Shown: positions 1 through 12,225 of the stretch, piece after piece
How the letters are laid out: each line of letters opens with the position of its first letter
Numbering within the stretch: position 1 is the first letter of the stretch
NCBI GenBank assembly: GCA_026023565.1
Contig: JAPETS010000037.1
Location: 62,001-126,000 of the forward strand
Origin: Cirrosporium novae-zelandiae
Lineage: Eukaryota
Direction of reading: 5' to 3'
Length of the DNA stretch: 64,000 nucleotides
Made by a program: the position numbers and the translations under genes
Notes under the pieces: model-generated
The model's input: the letters and a program-made list of their open reading frames with translations, nothing else
Databases searched by the model: none
What the model was told of the DNA's origin: nothing

Positions 1-27
1 GGGCTAGGTATATAAATGTCCCTATCT

Positions 28-92
28 GGGATAACGGGAATAACGGGAATTGCATAGAATTATGCAGAATTATGCAGAATTATGCAGAATTA
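28..92. repeat. Short tandem repeats (9-bp ATAACGGGA x2, 10-bp GAATTATGCA x~3.5)
   Basis: Tandem copies read directly at the window start. Confidence 0.85.
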
Positions 93-617
93 CCGGTGCT
101 AATTAATGATAACCGAGGCATTTTGGATTCGAGTCTGAAACGTCAAAAACAGGTTGCAAAGATCTTTGGGTACTTAGGTAATTACCACAAGGCAGGTTTC
201 GGTGGGTTCGGATGTACGAGTGTACAACTAAGCCTATTTTGGTAGACTCGCCTATGACACGTTTACCCAACCCTTGTACTCACTCCTTGGAAATTTTGAG
301 CATGTTGAGATAATTGTTGAGCCCAGGCAGATGCTTATCACATGTAGGAACTTCATGTCTACCTACCAAAGAGCATCTCCATTTACTGATGCCTTGTGAA
401 TTAGAACTAAAATAAGGCCATCTGCAGGCAAGTTGATAACGCAGAGATTGCCACGGCAGAAAAACCACGCCAAGAGGAAAGCGTTGAGAAATTCCTCCAG
501 GAAAGACTTGAAGGCCGACTTGATGATATACAGTTGTCTTTCTATAAGTACACAGTATACATGATCCGGAAACTGGAATTACTGTCGTATTGTCCTATGG
601 ACAGAATTTAGTTAGGC

Positions 618-2392
618 ATGATTGGGACATCTACCTGGGACCTTGTTTTTATCAGATCATGTATATTCCTCCTTCGGTGCATTGCACCACTTGGTATTCT
701 GTATTGCTTGATTGCTTTTCTTGTTCCTCCGCCTCGTTTCCTTATTTTCAAGGTGCTCGAAGTCTGGTGCGTCAGTGAGGCAGCCTTTTATTTACTTCTT
801 TACCTCCCGCGCAAATTCTATCTTCAGGCGCCAGCCACACATCCTACACTTATACCCCGTGAACGCCGTCGGGATCTATTCCATCGCTGCCATGAAAATG
901 TCTCTGATCCGGAGAGCTATCTATCAAAATGGTTTAGAGATGCCGAGCGCTCAGAGATCAAAAAGGAGAACGTCAAAGATTTTCTCCGCTGGGCGTTTCT
1001 GAATAAAGGAGAATTTGATCCAGCAGACGACGAGGAGCTTGATGAATACATCGTGGGTATAGAGTCGATGTTAGGGAGGAAGCTGAAAGATGGAAGAGGA
1101 AAGGCAAAGTGCCTGAGATTGACTGTTGACAAGGTGGATATGTTACATCGGAGCTTGACGTGGTATTTGGTAAGCACTGAAGAAAATATGAACAGAATTA
1201 TCACTCTAGCCTACAGCCTTATCTTACTGATCTGACCCTAATCACTTAGTGTGTTTTTGTCGTCGACACAATAACATATGTTTCCATGTGCTACCACTCC
1301 TTCCGCCCCTATGGCACATCTCTCCGCCGATTCCCCACAGTCTTCCCCTTTCGCCCGCTCACTCTCCTCAGCCCTTATCGCTCACCCGCGAAAACGCTTA
1401 GCTACTGGTACCGTCCACACACCTCCAAAACCAGACTTCCAATCCTCTTCATCCATGGCATTGGCATCGGACTTTACCCATATGTGAATTTCTTGGCAGA
1501 TTTGAACGCCAAAAGCAATGTGTACGAATCGGATGGGGAAGTAGGAATCATAGCATTGGAGATCATGCCCGTGAGTTTCAGGATCACGGGTGGGGCATTA
1601 CCTAAGGAAGAGATGTGCAATGAAATCTTAAGCATACTAAACAAGCATGGATGGGAGAAGGTCGTCTTGTTGTCACACTCGTAAGCTTTTCCTCCCCGCT
1701 TTCCCCAATCACATAACTAACACTACCGAACCCCAAAAAGGTACGGAAGCGTAATATCCACCCACCTTCTCCACACCCCCCAGCTAGCCGAAAGGATTGG
1801 CCCGATCTTATACGTCGACCCCGTCTCCTTCCTCCTCCACCTCCCAGACGTAGCCTACAACTTCGTAAGTCCCCTCCCAACCCAACCCAACCCCCCTTTT
1901 CTTTTCTTTTCTTTTATCCACCTCTCCCTCCCTCTCCCTCTCTCTCTCCCACCACCCCCTCTAACCCCTCCCATTTAGACCTACCGCAAACCCAAACGCG
2001 CCAACGAGCACCAACTCCACTACTTCGCCTGCAAAGACATGGGCGTCTCCCACACCCTCTCCCGCCACTTCTTCTGGAGCGAAAACATTCTCTGGAAGGA
2101 AGATATCAAAGACAGACGCGTGACTGTCGCACTCGCTGAAAACGACTCTATCGTGAATACTGAGGCTGTGGGGACGTATCTTGCTGGAGTGGAAGATGAT
2201 GATGAAGAAGAGGAAGATGGGGAGGGGGCAAGTTGGAAGGAAAATAAGTTGATGGGAGAGGGATTAGAGGTTCTTTGGTTGCCTGGGTTGGATCACGCGC
2301 AGGCTTTTGATCGAGACTGGGCTAAGGAGAGGTTGGTTAGTGTTGTTTTGGGGTATTGTCGGGATGGTGGGGAAGGGGGGATAAGGATCTGA
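618..2392 (+). CDS. Alpha/beta-hydrolase-fold protein with N-terminal hydrophobic segment, 4 exons
   Basis: ORFs 618, 1286 and 2039 join via canonical introns (~1170-1249, ~1681-1740, ~1865-1978). Motifs PILFIHGIGIG and spliced SHSYGS nucleophile elbow; C-terminal LDHAQ. Confidence 0.8.
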
Positions 2393-3073
2393 ATTTCCCC
2401 TCCCCCTTTGAAAAAAAAAAACTAACCCCTGGGGATTAGAGAGTGGGTGGGGAATAGAAGGTGGAGGTGGGGTTTTTTGTTTATAGAGATTTTTTTTATG
2501 AATATAGAGAGAGAAGATAGGATACCCTGGTATATGAATGGATAGATTGTTATTATTAAATTATTAGTCGTGCTAAATCTCCTCTACCCCCTCGTATCCC
2601 ACTAACTAGGTACTCATCTCCATACATAATCCCCTCCCTATCCCAAAAAAATCCCTATCTCTCATCCCGAAAATCACAATAATGTCCCCTCCCCGTCATC
2701 GTCATCATCATCATTTCAACATCCTCCACATAACTCTCAATTCAAAGATTCCATCAAAAAGGAATTTTCTCTAGCGAGAATAGATCAAGGGTTTTTTTTT
2801 AGATTTTCGGATTCTAGAATAAGGAGATTCGTGAGAAGGCCCGGGGGGGGGGGGGGTGAATTAACATAAAAGATGTATTTTCTGGACCGTATTAGGTAGG
2901 GAGGGACCCAGATGCCCAACTAGTTACTCGCAGCGATCCAGACAAAATATCATTTTTTTTCTTTTCTCTCTTTTTCTGAAAACCCCCACGCCCTTGGTTC
3001 TCTCGTCTCTCTTTCTGGGCACACGCAAACACACAGCAGGAAAAAAGGGTTGCCAGGTAGGCCTAGACCACAA

Positions 3074-4055
3074 CTAGTCCAGCCTCTCCACCAGCCGCCT
3101 CACCAGATCTCGACCCAGAGCCCCCACTTCTTCCAGCAGCGCTCCAAACTCGCTGCTCGTTTGCAGATCCTCAACGACGCAAGCCGCATAGTGCACAACG
3201 AGGTCTCTCAACTCGTCCACCAGTCCTGCGCGATCGGCCGTGTTGGAGTAGGTATAGCGCATCAGCTCGATGATATCTCCGATTCGGTCTTGGCACAATA
3301 TAAATTTATCCAGTGCCTGGCAGAGGTTATGGAGGGCAAGCGATTGCAGGTTGGGGATGTTGTATCTGTCTCCAAAGACGTAGAGCTCTGCGTGGGAAAG
3401 GAATACGGGAGTGAAGTCTTTGTATGGTTCGATATTAATTTGAGGGTTGACAAGGGGAGAGGGAGCGATGTAGGATTTACGGCTAAAGGCGTTCCTGAGA
3501 AGAGACTTCCGGGATTGAGGGGGGGCTTGTTCACATAGAAAGTCTGGGAGCATCTCTACCCTGCCCTTTTTCCTTCTGCGAACTTTGGATGAAAGCAAAA
3601 CCGTACCAAACTCATCGATAGATTGGCGGGCTTCATCCGGGTTGTTGTCGTTGAGGGTACTAGGAGAGTTACCATTCACAACAGCATCCACGGTCTCAAC
3701 GCTTGACTCATCAAGCAAGATACCCGGCTCCGCAGCATCATACTCCCCTGTATAAATATACTGGCTAAATCTTACGAACGTCTGTTCGTTAACATCTTCT
3801 AAATATGCACACTGTTCCTTTGCCTCGCACATAGGTCCGTTGACTAGGACAGCAAGTACTTTCGAATGATGTGCAGCAAGTGCTGCATGGATCGTGAATA
3901 CTCTTTTGTTGGGGCCAAGAATAAAGCGAAAGGGATGAGACGAGACGATGCTGTTGATGAGGTAGCATTAGCTTTTCGTCTATTGTATTTTTTGGAGGCC
4001 GGGGATATTGAATCGAATTAGATTTGCCTTACCTTTCGTAGGAAATCTCCATCAT
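3074..4055 (-). CDS. BTB/POZ-domain protein, 2 exons
   Basis: Micro exon MMEISYE, GTAAGG intron, then IVSSHPFRFILGPNKRVFTIHAALAAHHSKVLAVLVNGPMCEAKE...FVRFSQYIYTGEY; C-terminal HAELYVFGDRYNIPNL typical of fungal BTB proteins. Confidence 0.85.
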
Positions 4056-5393
4056 GCCTGATCTGGAGAATTGCTTGGTTAATGAGAGTTAGTTTAGATG
4101 TATCTGAGAGCAAGCCTTGCCATGTATTGGAGACTGAGGGGACTTTTTTTTCTTCATCGTGTGCTGGTCGGCTACCTGGCTTATATATGATTGATGGGCA
4201 TATCTTCCTGCTATGACTTTCCTGCCTGCCTCTCTGCATTGATGACATGGATATTGTGTCATGTAGCGAGGTACATTTTGCGCATCCAGCCAGTTGCATT
4301 GCATGATAACTGATTATTCTACCCAAAAGATATTTGAATGGAATATTGTCAACACACGTGTTTGCCTAAGTGTGGCCTTGACCCCCTACAGGTCGTGTAC
4401 CCGCGCGTCACCAAGTACTTTGTAAAGGCCATTAATCTTCGTCTTCTTTAATATTTCTATTTTTCATTTTGACCGGAAGACTCTTATAATTTGAATCCTA
4501 TAATTCTTTTTGTATCTTTGACATTTAATATTGTCTTTGGTTTTGTGCATGATCGTAGATCCTTGCTTCCTGATTGACTTGTCTTATTAAATCATTTAAT
4601 TAATAGTGTACTCGAGTATGTAATCCATGCCTTTTCGAGAGACCATCGCTCCACACAAAATATACAGGTTCCCCAGACTTTCTCAGATGAACCATCTCCA
4701 CCTTGCTCAAACTTCAAATAAACTTTTGTACAATACATAAAACAGATACATTGGTTTCTTACAATGTAGTCTACGGCAATGCAACAAACTCGCTCATTTA
4801 GGAATAGCAAGTAGGTAATAAAACCATACGATACCATAACAGCGCATGTTAGCACCTCCACACATTCACATATCAACATCATTGACCCAATCCCATCTTA
4901 AATCAGTTTCTGTAAATTATTATAGGTTGGAATTCTATTATACAATTCAACACTTCCCAACATTGAATCCTAAAATACTTCCATCATCCTAAATAGCGAA
5001 ACAGTTAATCGATTTGAATGTATATATATACACTAAGGTGACAAGGGTAATTTCAGTCTGATCTAAATTAGGAATAGCCCGGTTATTTATGGAGTGTTGT
5101 CTTACATAGTACAGGTCATCAATCTCATCCTTTTGATGGTAGCACAGAACTTCGAATATGCTTCAATGACTATTTTATCTCTGTTTTTTTAAGTCTCCCA
5201 ATAAAGGAGTGCAGGAATGCTTCATCATTTATGGAAAGGAAAAACCCGAATTCTGCCGATTGCGGTGTCATGATTTGAGATTTCATGGCTTTCGAACCTA
5301 TAAGACGGCTTGCCAGATTTATGGATGTTGAAAGCAACAACTGACACGGATAAACTAATTGTACCGTTGAATTTGAAGTGAATTTATTAGATA

Positions 5394-7880
5394 ATGGCCA
5401 ACCATGTGACTTCCAACACGACAGAAGATTCTGATGAGGAGAAATCGCATACCACAAGCGATGATATAAGTCTCCTTAGCGACAGTGACAGCAATAGCAG
5501 TAAAGAAGACGAATCGATGCCAATGGGGCCATGGTATTATGAAAATCCTCCATGTGTGCCCGACAACTGCGCAGGTTATCTATGTGGGGTCTGCAAGCGT
5601 ATAAATTTCGAATGGCTCTTCGAAAATGATCTTAGTGCTACATATGATGAGTTATACCTAGATCATTTGATGGAGGAACAGGACTTGTCAGATACTACAG
5701 ATGAAACCACACAAAGCATTCCGCTTGGAACAATGGCAGGTATCGTCAGCAAGCAAAGATGTACGTTCTGTCGATTGTTGGTTCGATCAATCTGCACGAC
5801 ATTTGACATCGATTCTCCTATCACTGAATATAATGGCCAGCAAGTCACCTGCACGCTCGACAACCACCCAAAGGTCAGGAGTCAACTTATGGTTACGTTG
5901 AAACCAATTCCAACAGACTGGAGTGACGATCTTGCCAATGCTGTCAGCGACTTCATGTATGTTATCATCCATAGACTCGTAAAAGAGACCATTCCATCCG
6001 CAGGCCGATTCGTCCAGGGTTCTCTGATTAATCTTAAGATTCTAGAAAAATGGGTTTCCTCTTGCCATTCTAGCAACATCAAGTCCCTTGGGGGTGGGAA
6101 TATACATTCTAATAGTAGCCGCCTGGTTGGCTTCCGAGTTATTGATGTTAAGCGTCAATGTATCGTTTCAGCAGATGCTATTTCTTGCCGTTTCTTAGCA
6201 TTGTCATATGTCTGGGGAGGTAATCAGGAGCTCCAGAACACCAAAAAGACACAGACTTCATTGGAAAGAGAAGGCGGGCTGAAGATGGATGATAATAGAC
6301 TCCCTCAGACGATAAAAGATGCAATGTTCCTCGTGTCCCAGATAAAAGAACGGTATCTGTGGGTGGATTCTCTCTGCATCATCCAAGATGATGCAGAGTG
6401 CAAGCATAGTCAGATTGCTGCCATGGATCAGATATATACCCACGCAATCGCCACTATTATTGCCGTATCTGGGGATAGCGCCCGTTCGGGTCTACCCGGT
6501 ATCCGTCCCAATACACGAACATGGACCCAGCACGTCGAAAAAGTACAGGACATTATACTAGGCAACAGACACAAACTTGGACAACTTAACGGGAGTCCCT
6601 GGAACTCTCGGGCTTGGACATTTCAAGAGTGGCGCCTCTCAGGCAGGTCCCTTATGTTTTTCTCGGATCAAGTCATTTTTATTTGTGAATCTGGCCAATA
6701 TTTTGAGGATGTACACGAATATAACGAGACTCTTGTGGATATATTTTATAATTTTGAGACTAATGTTGATGCATATGCGAACTTGGTTGAAAAATACACT
6801 TCCAGAGGCCTTTCCTACGCAACTGATGCGCTGAATGCCTTTACCGGATTAATGGCCTTCATCCGCCCCACTTTCCGAGGAGACTTTCTATATGGCCTTC
6901 CAAGCACGGAACTAGACACTGCATTGCTTTGGCAGCCCATAGGTACTGGCACCCGGCGCCTTCATTCGGTCACTGGCATGCTACTCTTCCCTAGTTGGAG
7001 TTGGGCTAGCTGGGCTGGCAGTGTCTCTTATGATTTATCAGATCCTATGTCCATACTTGGCAGAATTACATGGCTTGATTCCACTACCTCATGCCCATTC
7101 ACAAGCGATGAATATCGTAGTTCTGTATCCACGGAAACACCCACTAAGTGGGAGCTTGCCGAACGGGGGACAAGTGACACGCAAATAGTAAATCCCTATT
7201 ATGTCGACCCCTCCGACCCGGATCTTCATTTTCTCCACCCCATCGAACCAGAGCTCTCAAGACCCTCCAGATATTTTCTTCGGCCTGGTTCCCAAACTCT
7301 ACGTTTCGAGGCCCTAACAACCATGCTCACTGTAACAACTAAGCACATGCCTAAAACCGTACAGGAAGAGACGCCGTCGTGTACAGAAGAGACACATATT
7401 ATATGCCCGCTTGCAATAATCAATACTTTTGGCTCCATAGTTGGTACTGTTCACATCCCAGCGTCTTTGGCACCTTCAAAACCAACTCCTTACCGATTCA
7501 TCGCCCTGTCTCGAACGGTTCTCCATGATCGCACTTCAAAGGATGATTCCTTCCGCGAGCATATCTTATATCATGATCACGATGTCATCTCCTCGAACCA
7601 CAATCCTGATTCAGCATCCCCATTCCAGCAGCAACGCACGTTGAAGCCTCTGGAAAAGAAGCTAATGGGGAGAGGTTTGGGATTGAGATCAAGGTATGCA
7701 TTCGATACGAAGAAGTTTGATCTGTTCAAACCATGGTGCTTGATGAATGTGATGATGGTTGCGCAGAAGCAGGGGCAGACAGGAGATGGTGTGTTGGAGA
7801 GATTGGGGCTTGGGGTTTGCCACGTCGAGGGATTTTTCGGAGATGGGAATGTGAGACGAGAGGAGATTATGTTGGGATGA
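5394..7880 (+). CDS. Heterokaryon incompatibility (HET-domain) protein, 828 aa, intronless
   Basis: HET motifs FLALSYVWGG, LPQTIKDA, RYLWVDSLCIIQDD, QIAAMDQIY, WNSRAWTFQE; downstream FPSWSWASW; N-terminal CxxC motifs. Confidence 0.92.
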   Translation: MANHVTSNTTEDSDEEKSHTTSDDISLLSDSDSNSSKEDESMPMGPWYYENPPCVPDNCAGYLCGVCKRINFEWLFENDLSATYDELYLDHLMEEQDLSDTTDETTQSIPLGTMAGIVSKQRCTFCRLLVRSICTTFDIDSPITEYNGQQVTCTLDNHPKVRSQLMVTLKPIPTDWSDDLANAVSDFMYVIIHRLVKETIPSAGRFVQGSLINLKILEKWVSSCHSSNIKSLGGGNIHSNSSRLVGFRVIDVKRQCIVSADAISCRFLALSYVWGGNQELQNTKKTQTSLEREGGLKMDDNRLPQTIKDAMFLVSQIKERYLWVDSLCIIQDDAECKHSQIAAMDQIYTHAIATIIAVSGDSARSGLPGIRPNTRTWTQHVEKVQDIILGNRHKLGQLNGSPWNSRAWTFQEWRLSGRSLMFFSDQVIFICESGQYFEDVHEYNETLVDIFYNFETNVDAYANLVEKYTSRGLSYATDALNAFTGLMAFIRPTFRGDFLYGLPSTELDTALLWQPIGTGTRRLHSVTGMLLFPSWSWASWAGSVSYDLSDPMSILGRITWLDSTTSCPFTSDEYRSSVSTETPTKWELAERGTSDTQIVNPYYVDPSDPDLHFLHPIEPELSRPSRYFLRPGSQTLRFEALTTMLTVTTKHMPKTVQEETPSCTEETHIICPLAIINTFGSIVGTVHIPASLAPSKPTPYRFIALSRTVLHDRTSKDDSFREHILYHDHDVISSNHNPDSASPFQQQRTLKPLEKKLMGRGLGLRSRYAFDTKKFDLFKPWCLMNVMMVAQKQGQTGDGVLERLGLGVCHVEGFFGDGNVRREEIMLG

Positions 7881-10467
7881 TTTCTGCAAGAAATAGCAGG
7901 TGTGGGTTTCTGGTATTATAGGTTCATGACATGTATGAAATTTATGACTTGATGGATTTACGGATATTAGCCCTAGTGATGAGTGGGAAAGGATGGATAA
8001 CCTAGTCACTACTTGTATTTAATCTTTTGAAGACAAAAATTCATCAATTCGCGTTGGGGAGACCTTCAACCTCAGTGCGTCATATTCAAATAAGCAAACA
8101 ATGCAAATGTATAAATTGGTTTGCTTGGCAGGGGATAAAAATAATTTTCACTACGTACCCAAGTACTCTGCACAACATCATCCTTGATATATTATCACAA
8201 CAAGATATAATCACAACAAGGCTACCAATGTTTAATTTCTCCTATCTATGGGTACTTAGGTAGACTCAACTATTTTCAAAATTATTTCTAACAAAGCAAA
8301 AAGAAACCCCTCACCGGTCAGATACCTTGCTTTCTCATGGGAACATGAACGTGCAATACTTTATCTACTCGGTGCATAGATCGCTTATAATGACAAGACA
8401 AAACGCTAACCAATACATATGAGATATGGCCATCCTTAACTATCTCTCTCCAAGACTATGAATTGAGTCAAGGATGTTTATTTATATGTGGTAGGGGGGG
8501 CAAGTGATTTGATCTAGGCATATTGATCCTATAGCAAAGTCCATGGGTTAAGGACAAGCTGCGATTCTATGCCAATACAAAAGCATAGCAAACGATGATA
8601 AAAGCCTGGCTATGAAGGACGAACCTGTTCTGAAGCCTTGCACGATGTTGATATCTTCTTGATCCAACATGAATGCTTGTCGGCCCAAGTTCGCTCCAAT
8701 CAACCTCCAAGGGGAATCAGCTCCAGCACAATTTCCGAAGATAAGGGGGACGACCTGGACAAAGAAATACAGCAGAATATTCTCCTATATGTATGGCTAA
8801 ACATATAGAAATCTTTCTATTGATGAACGACGATAGGTCTTTTAGCATTGCAGGAATTAACAGAACATACCGGATACCCCTGAAGGTCGACAGCACCTAT
8901 ATAAGGCTTTTATCTTAAGCTGGCACAACAAATACCAAGTATTCGGACTCGAAGGGGAGGTCATGGCAGTCGGCATCTCATGCTATGCATACCTTCAAGA
9001 AAGGGGTCTGGGACCATATGGGCATACTGTATTAACACTATAAACCCAAAACAACTAAAACAAGAAATAGGACTGGTATATAGAATAACTTCCCTAGGTC
9101 TTCGATGAGAGTATCAGCATCAGCCATAGCCTCGATCCATTCCAGCAACAATGTTTCCTTCCTGCAGAGATGTCCAAACCAATGATGTCAGCAAAAGGAT
9201 TGACAGCCAAGAACGAACATGCTTAGAATTATCGAAAAATATCCTGAACTAAAGGGAGAAACACCTGCACACACCACTGCAGACTCTTAGAAGAAGATGA
9301 AGAACCAAAAGATGCGGAAACCAGACCTCCATTTATATTCCAAATTTACCAACCTACGATTTCAATTACCTCACATGCCATTACATTGCACTTACTAACT
9401 GCTATAGATGGAACAACAACGACACAGACACAAAACGGAAAAAGCGATCTGATCCCGAAATCACTTCTACCGTTCTTCTACATTTACAGCTACTATGGAT
9501 GGACTACTCCTAAACTCAGAATAAGTGAAATAAGGCTCATAAACCTCAACCCCCCACCTTCCACTTGACTAGAAGGCCTTGGGTTGGGTTATTACGTGAG
9601 AGATATTCTCTAGCATCTGGCTTCAGTTGCAGGAAACTGAGAGAGTTGCAACCCCCTTATTTTGTGTGCGTGTGCGTGTGCATGTGGTTGTATTAACAGC
9701 AGATGTTCTACACTATCGGGACTATTAAGACAACGCCCCTTATTATGTATGTGCGTGCGTATTATCAAAGAATGTTTCCACAGTGCCAGTACTACAAAGA
9801 ACATACATAACCAAATCAAACTCTATAGACAAGTTATTTATTTCCATGCCAAAGAAGCCAATTTAGTTTACCACTGCTACCACCACCACTATATCTGGAA
9901 ACCCATCCCATCCCCCCCAAAACTACTATACCCATATCATATCATATCCATATCATATAAAAATATTTTCTCCACGCTCCATGTTTTCCCCCCTACAAGC
10001 ATACAAGCACACGAGTAGATAGATATCTAGACATCAATCAATCATTAATTCTCATAAATAACCTAGACCTCTCTCCTACAGTAACTCCTAACTCCTGAAA
10101 CCCACGACCTACCTATAGCGCTAACCACCTAAAAAAAACACCCCCCCAAAAATGCACTCCCAATCCCCATCCCCCTGTTTTCAACCACCACCACCACTAC
10201 TACTATCCATCATGCTACCACCCCAGTTTCCCGCCCTCCAACCTTCGCTCCGCCCTCTCGCGCCTCGCCTCCATCTCGGCCATTTTACTCCGTAGGTCCG
10301 AAAAGCCGAAAGTTCTTGTTTCTTTTTCTGTTTCTGTTTTGCGAAGAACCTAGGAACTTACTTCATGCCGGAGAGTTATAAATATCACCTATTACTCTCT
10401 TCGTTCATCATCATCATCTTCTTTTTCTTCTTGAGCTCGGGGGGGGGGGGTTGTATGGTTACTTTCT

Positions 10468-10945
10468 GTTATGGTTCCCTATTAGGTTAGATCCATTAGG
10501 GCACATGCATGCCCTAGCTTCACTTTCTTTTGTTGAGCTCTCTCTCCATTTTAGAGTAGAGGCCTCATAACAGGTTGCTTTCTTTCTTTCGTCGTTTTTT
10601 TTCTTTTTTGTTTCTTCTCTTCTCCTCTTCCTCATTTTTGTTTCTGTGCTTGCTACTTTCTTTCTTTCTTTCTCCCTATAATCTATCTCTATCTCTTTAT
10701 TCTTTAGTTCTCTCCCCTTTCTCTATATAAAATAAAAAATACAATTAAACACACCCCCCCCCCTCCCCACACACGCCCTCCCTTCCAACTCCCAATAAAT
10801 CGTCAAACCTTGCTTACCTTTTCATTTCATTAAAAGTCTCAATATTTTAAAGAAAAAAAGAATAGTGGTGTTACGGTTCCCTATTAGGTTAGGCCATTAG
10901 GGCACACACCCTAGCCTCACCTTATAAGGTGAGCCTCCACCCTAG
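10468..10945. repeat. Imperfect ~70-bp direct repeat (copies ~10468-10540 and ~10870-10935)
   Basis: GTTAYGGTTCCCTATTAGGTTAG(AT/G)CCATTAGGGCACA..CCCTAGCYTCAC occurs twice. Confidence 0.8.
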
Positions 10946-11495
10946 TCTAGCATCATCAACCAATACACATATTACCAAGTCAGACCTAGTCATTCATCTA
11001 TGACCTAGGTCCCCTGACAAGTAGCCAGCTATATATTTATTTATATATGTTTACTTACACTCACTCCACCTTCACCTTTACCTGTCTCTCTCGAAAGATA
11101 GATATATTTTAGATGTAGAGGTAGAACCGCGTCAGGAGCTAGGGCTAGGGCTGGTAATTTACACAGATCATGTATGCCCATATAAATACACCTATTCCTA
11201 TTTAGTAGATTGGTCTCCCCCTCCCTCCCTCCTCCATCCATCAATCCATCCATAGTTTTATACATGTGCATATCTCACATAAATATTTCAGTTCCCATTC
11301 CCGACCCGCGTCCCACCCTTTCCCCTTCAAAAGCGCACAAAGAGACAAGACACAGAGATGCGGCCGCACCAAAGAGAGTTCAGCGAGCGGGTCCTGACTC
11401 CGCTTAGTCCACCTAACCGAAAGTTTTATATCTTAGCGTACAGGTACGTCAACCAGAACCTTAAATTTTTTTCCCGAAAAGGCTAATTAGCGGAG

Positions 11496-11971
11496 GTAGA
11501 GAGGCTGGACGGAGTCTATGGACAGCCCTAGCTCTCTTGGACGGTCGTTTCCATAAACCCCCCACCCAAAAATGAAATTATTTTTTTATATATATCAAGT
11601 TTTTAGTTTAAAAATCTTATTTCATTGGCAGTATAAATATATAGTTCTATATAGTTGTAAGTAGTGGCCATATGTCAAGGATTGGGCTCCGATAGTGTAG
11701 TATTTGAATAGTAGTATATCAGTATAATACAAGACTGAAAGCTGGGCTTTCCTAGCCTCCTCCTTTCCTTTCTATATAATGTCCTTATCCTTCGGTGACT
11801 TATCGGCGCCACGTAGCGCCATATTCTCGGTCCGTAGGTGTAGAGCCTCGTCCTAGTGTTCTACTCTCCTTCCTTTGTGACACAAATAATTTCATTTTTG
11901 GTGGGGTTTACGGAAACGAGCGTCCAAGAGAGCTGGGGCTGTCCATAGACCCCGTCCAGCCTTGCATCTAC
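11496..11971. mobile_element. Non-autonomous TIR element (MITE-like), ~475 bp with ~85-bp terminal inverted repeats
   Basis: Left arm 11502-11583 (AGGCTGGACGGAGTCTATGGACAGCCCTAGCTCTCTTGGACG...AATGAAATTATTT) is the reverse complement of 11884-11962 apart from a few substitutions and short indels. No transposase inside and no TSD identified. Confidence 0.85.
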
Positions 11972-12225
11972 TCGGGTAGATGGTGGCAGCGGGAATCTCG
12001 GCCAGCCGGCGGCCGCTCCTTCCCGCATGCATAATTATAATTCACTATGATTCTACATCTCCATTATTCAATATCAAGTATCACAAGCTAAGGGATAAAT
12101 TTATTAACATCATATCCCAGATTCTTGCTTGCCTGATAACCCATCTCTTCCATTCGTGAGGTGGGAAAATACCTAAGGATAGTAATAATCGTAAATCTCG
12201 AAAGCCCTCTAAGCGCAGAAATGGT

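Noticed and set aside
10260..10380. Possible structured ncRNA (CTCGGC...GCCGGAG closing stem)
   Set aside because: No canonical C/D, H/ACA, RNase P/MRP or SRP motifs found; structure alone is insufficient.
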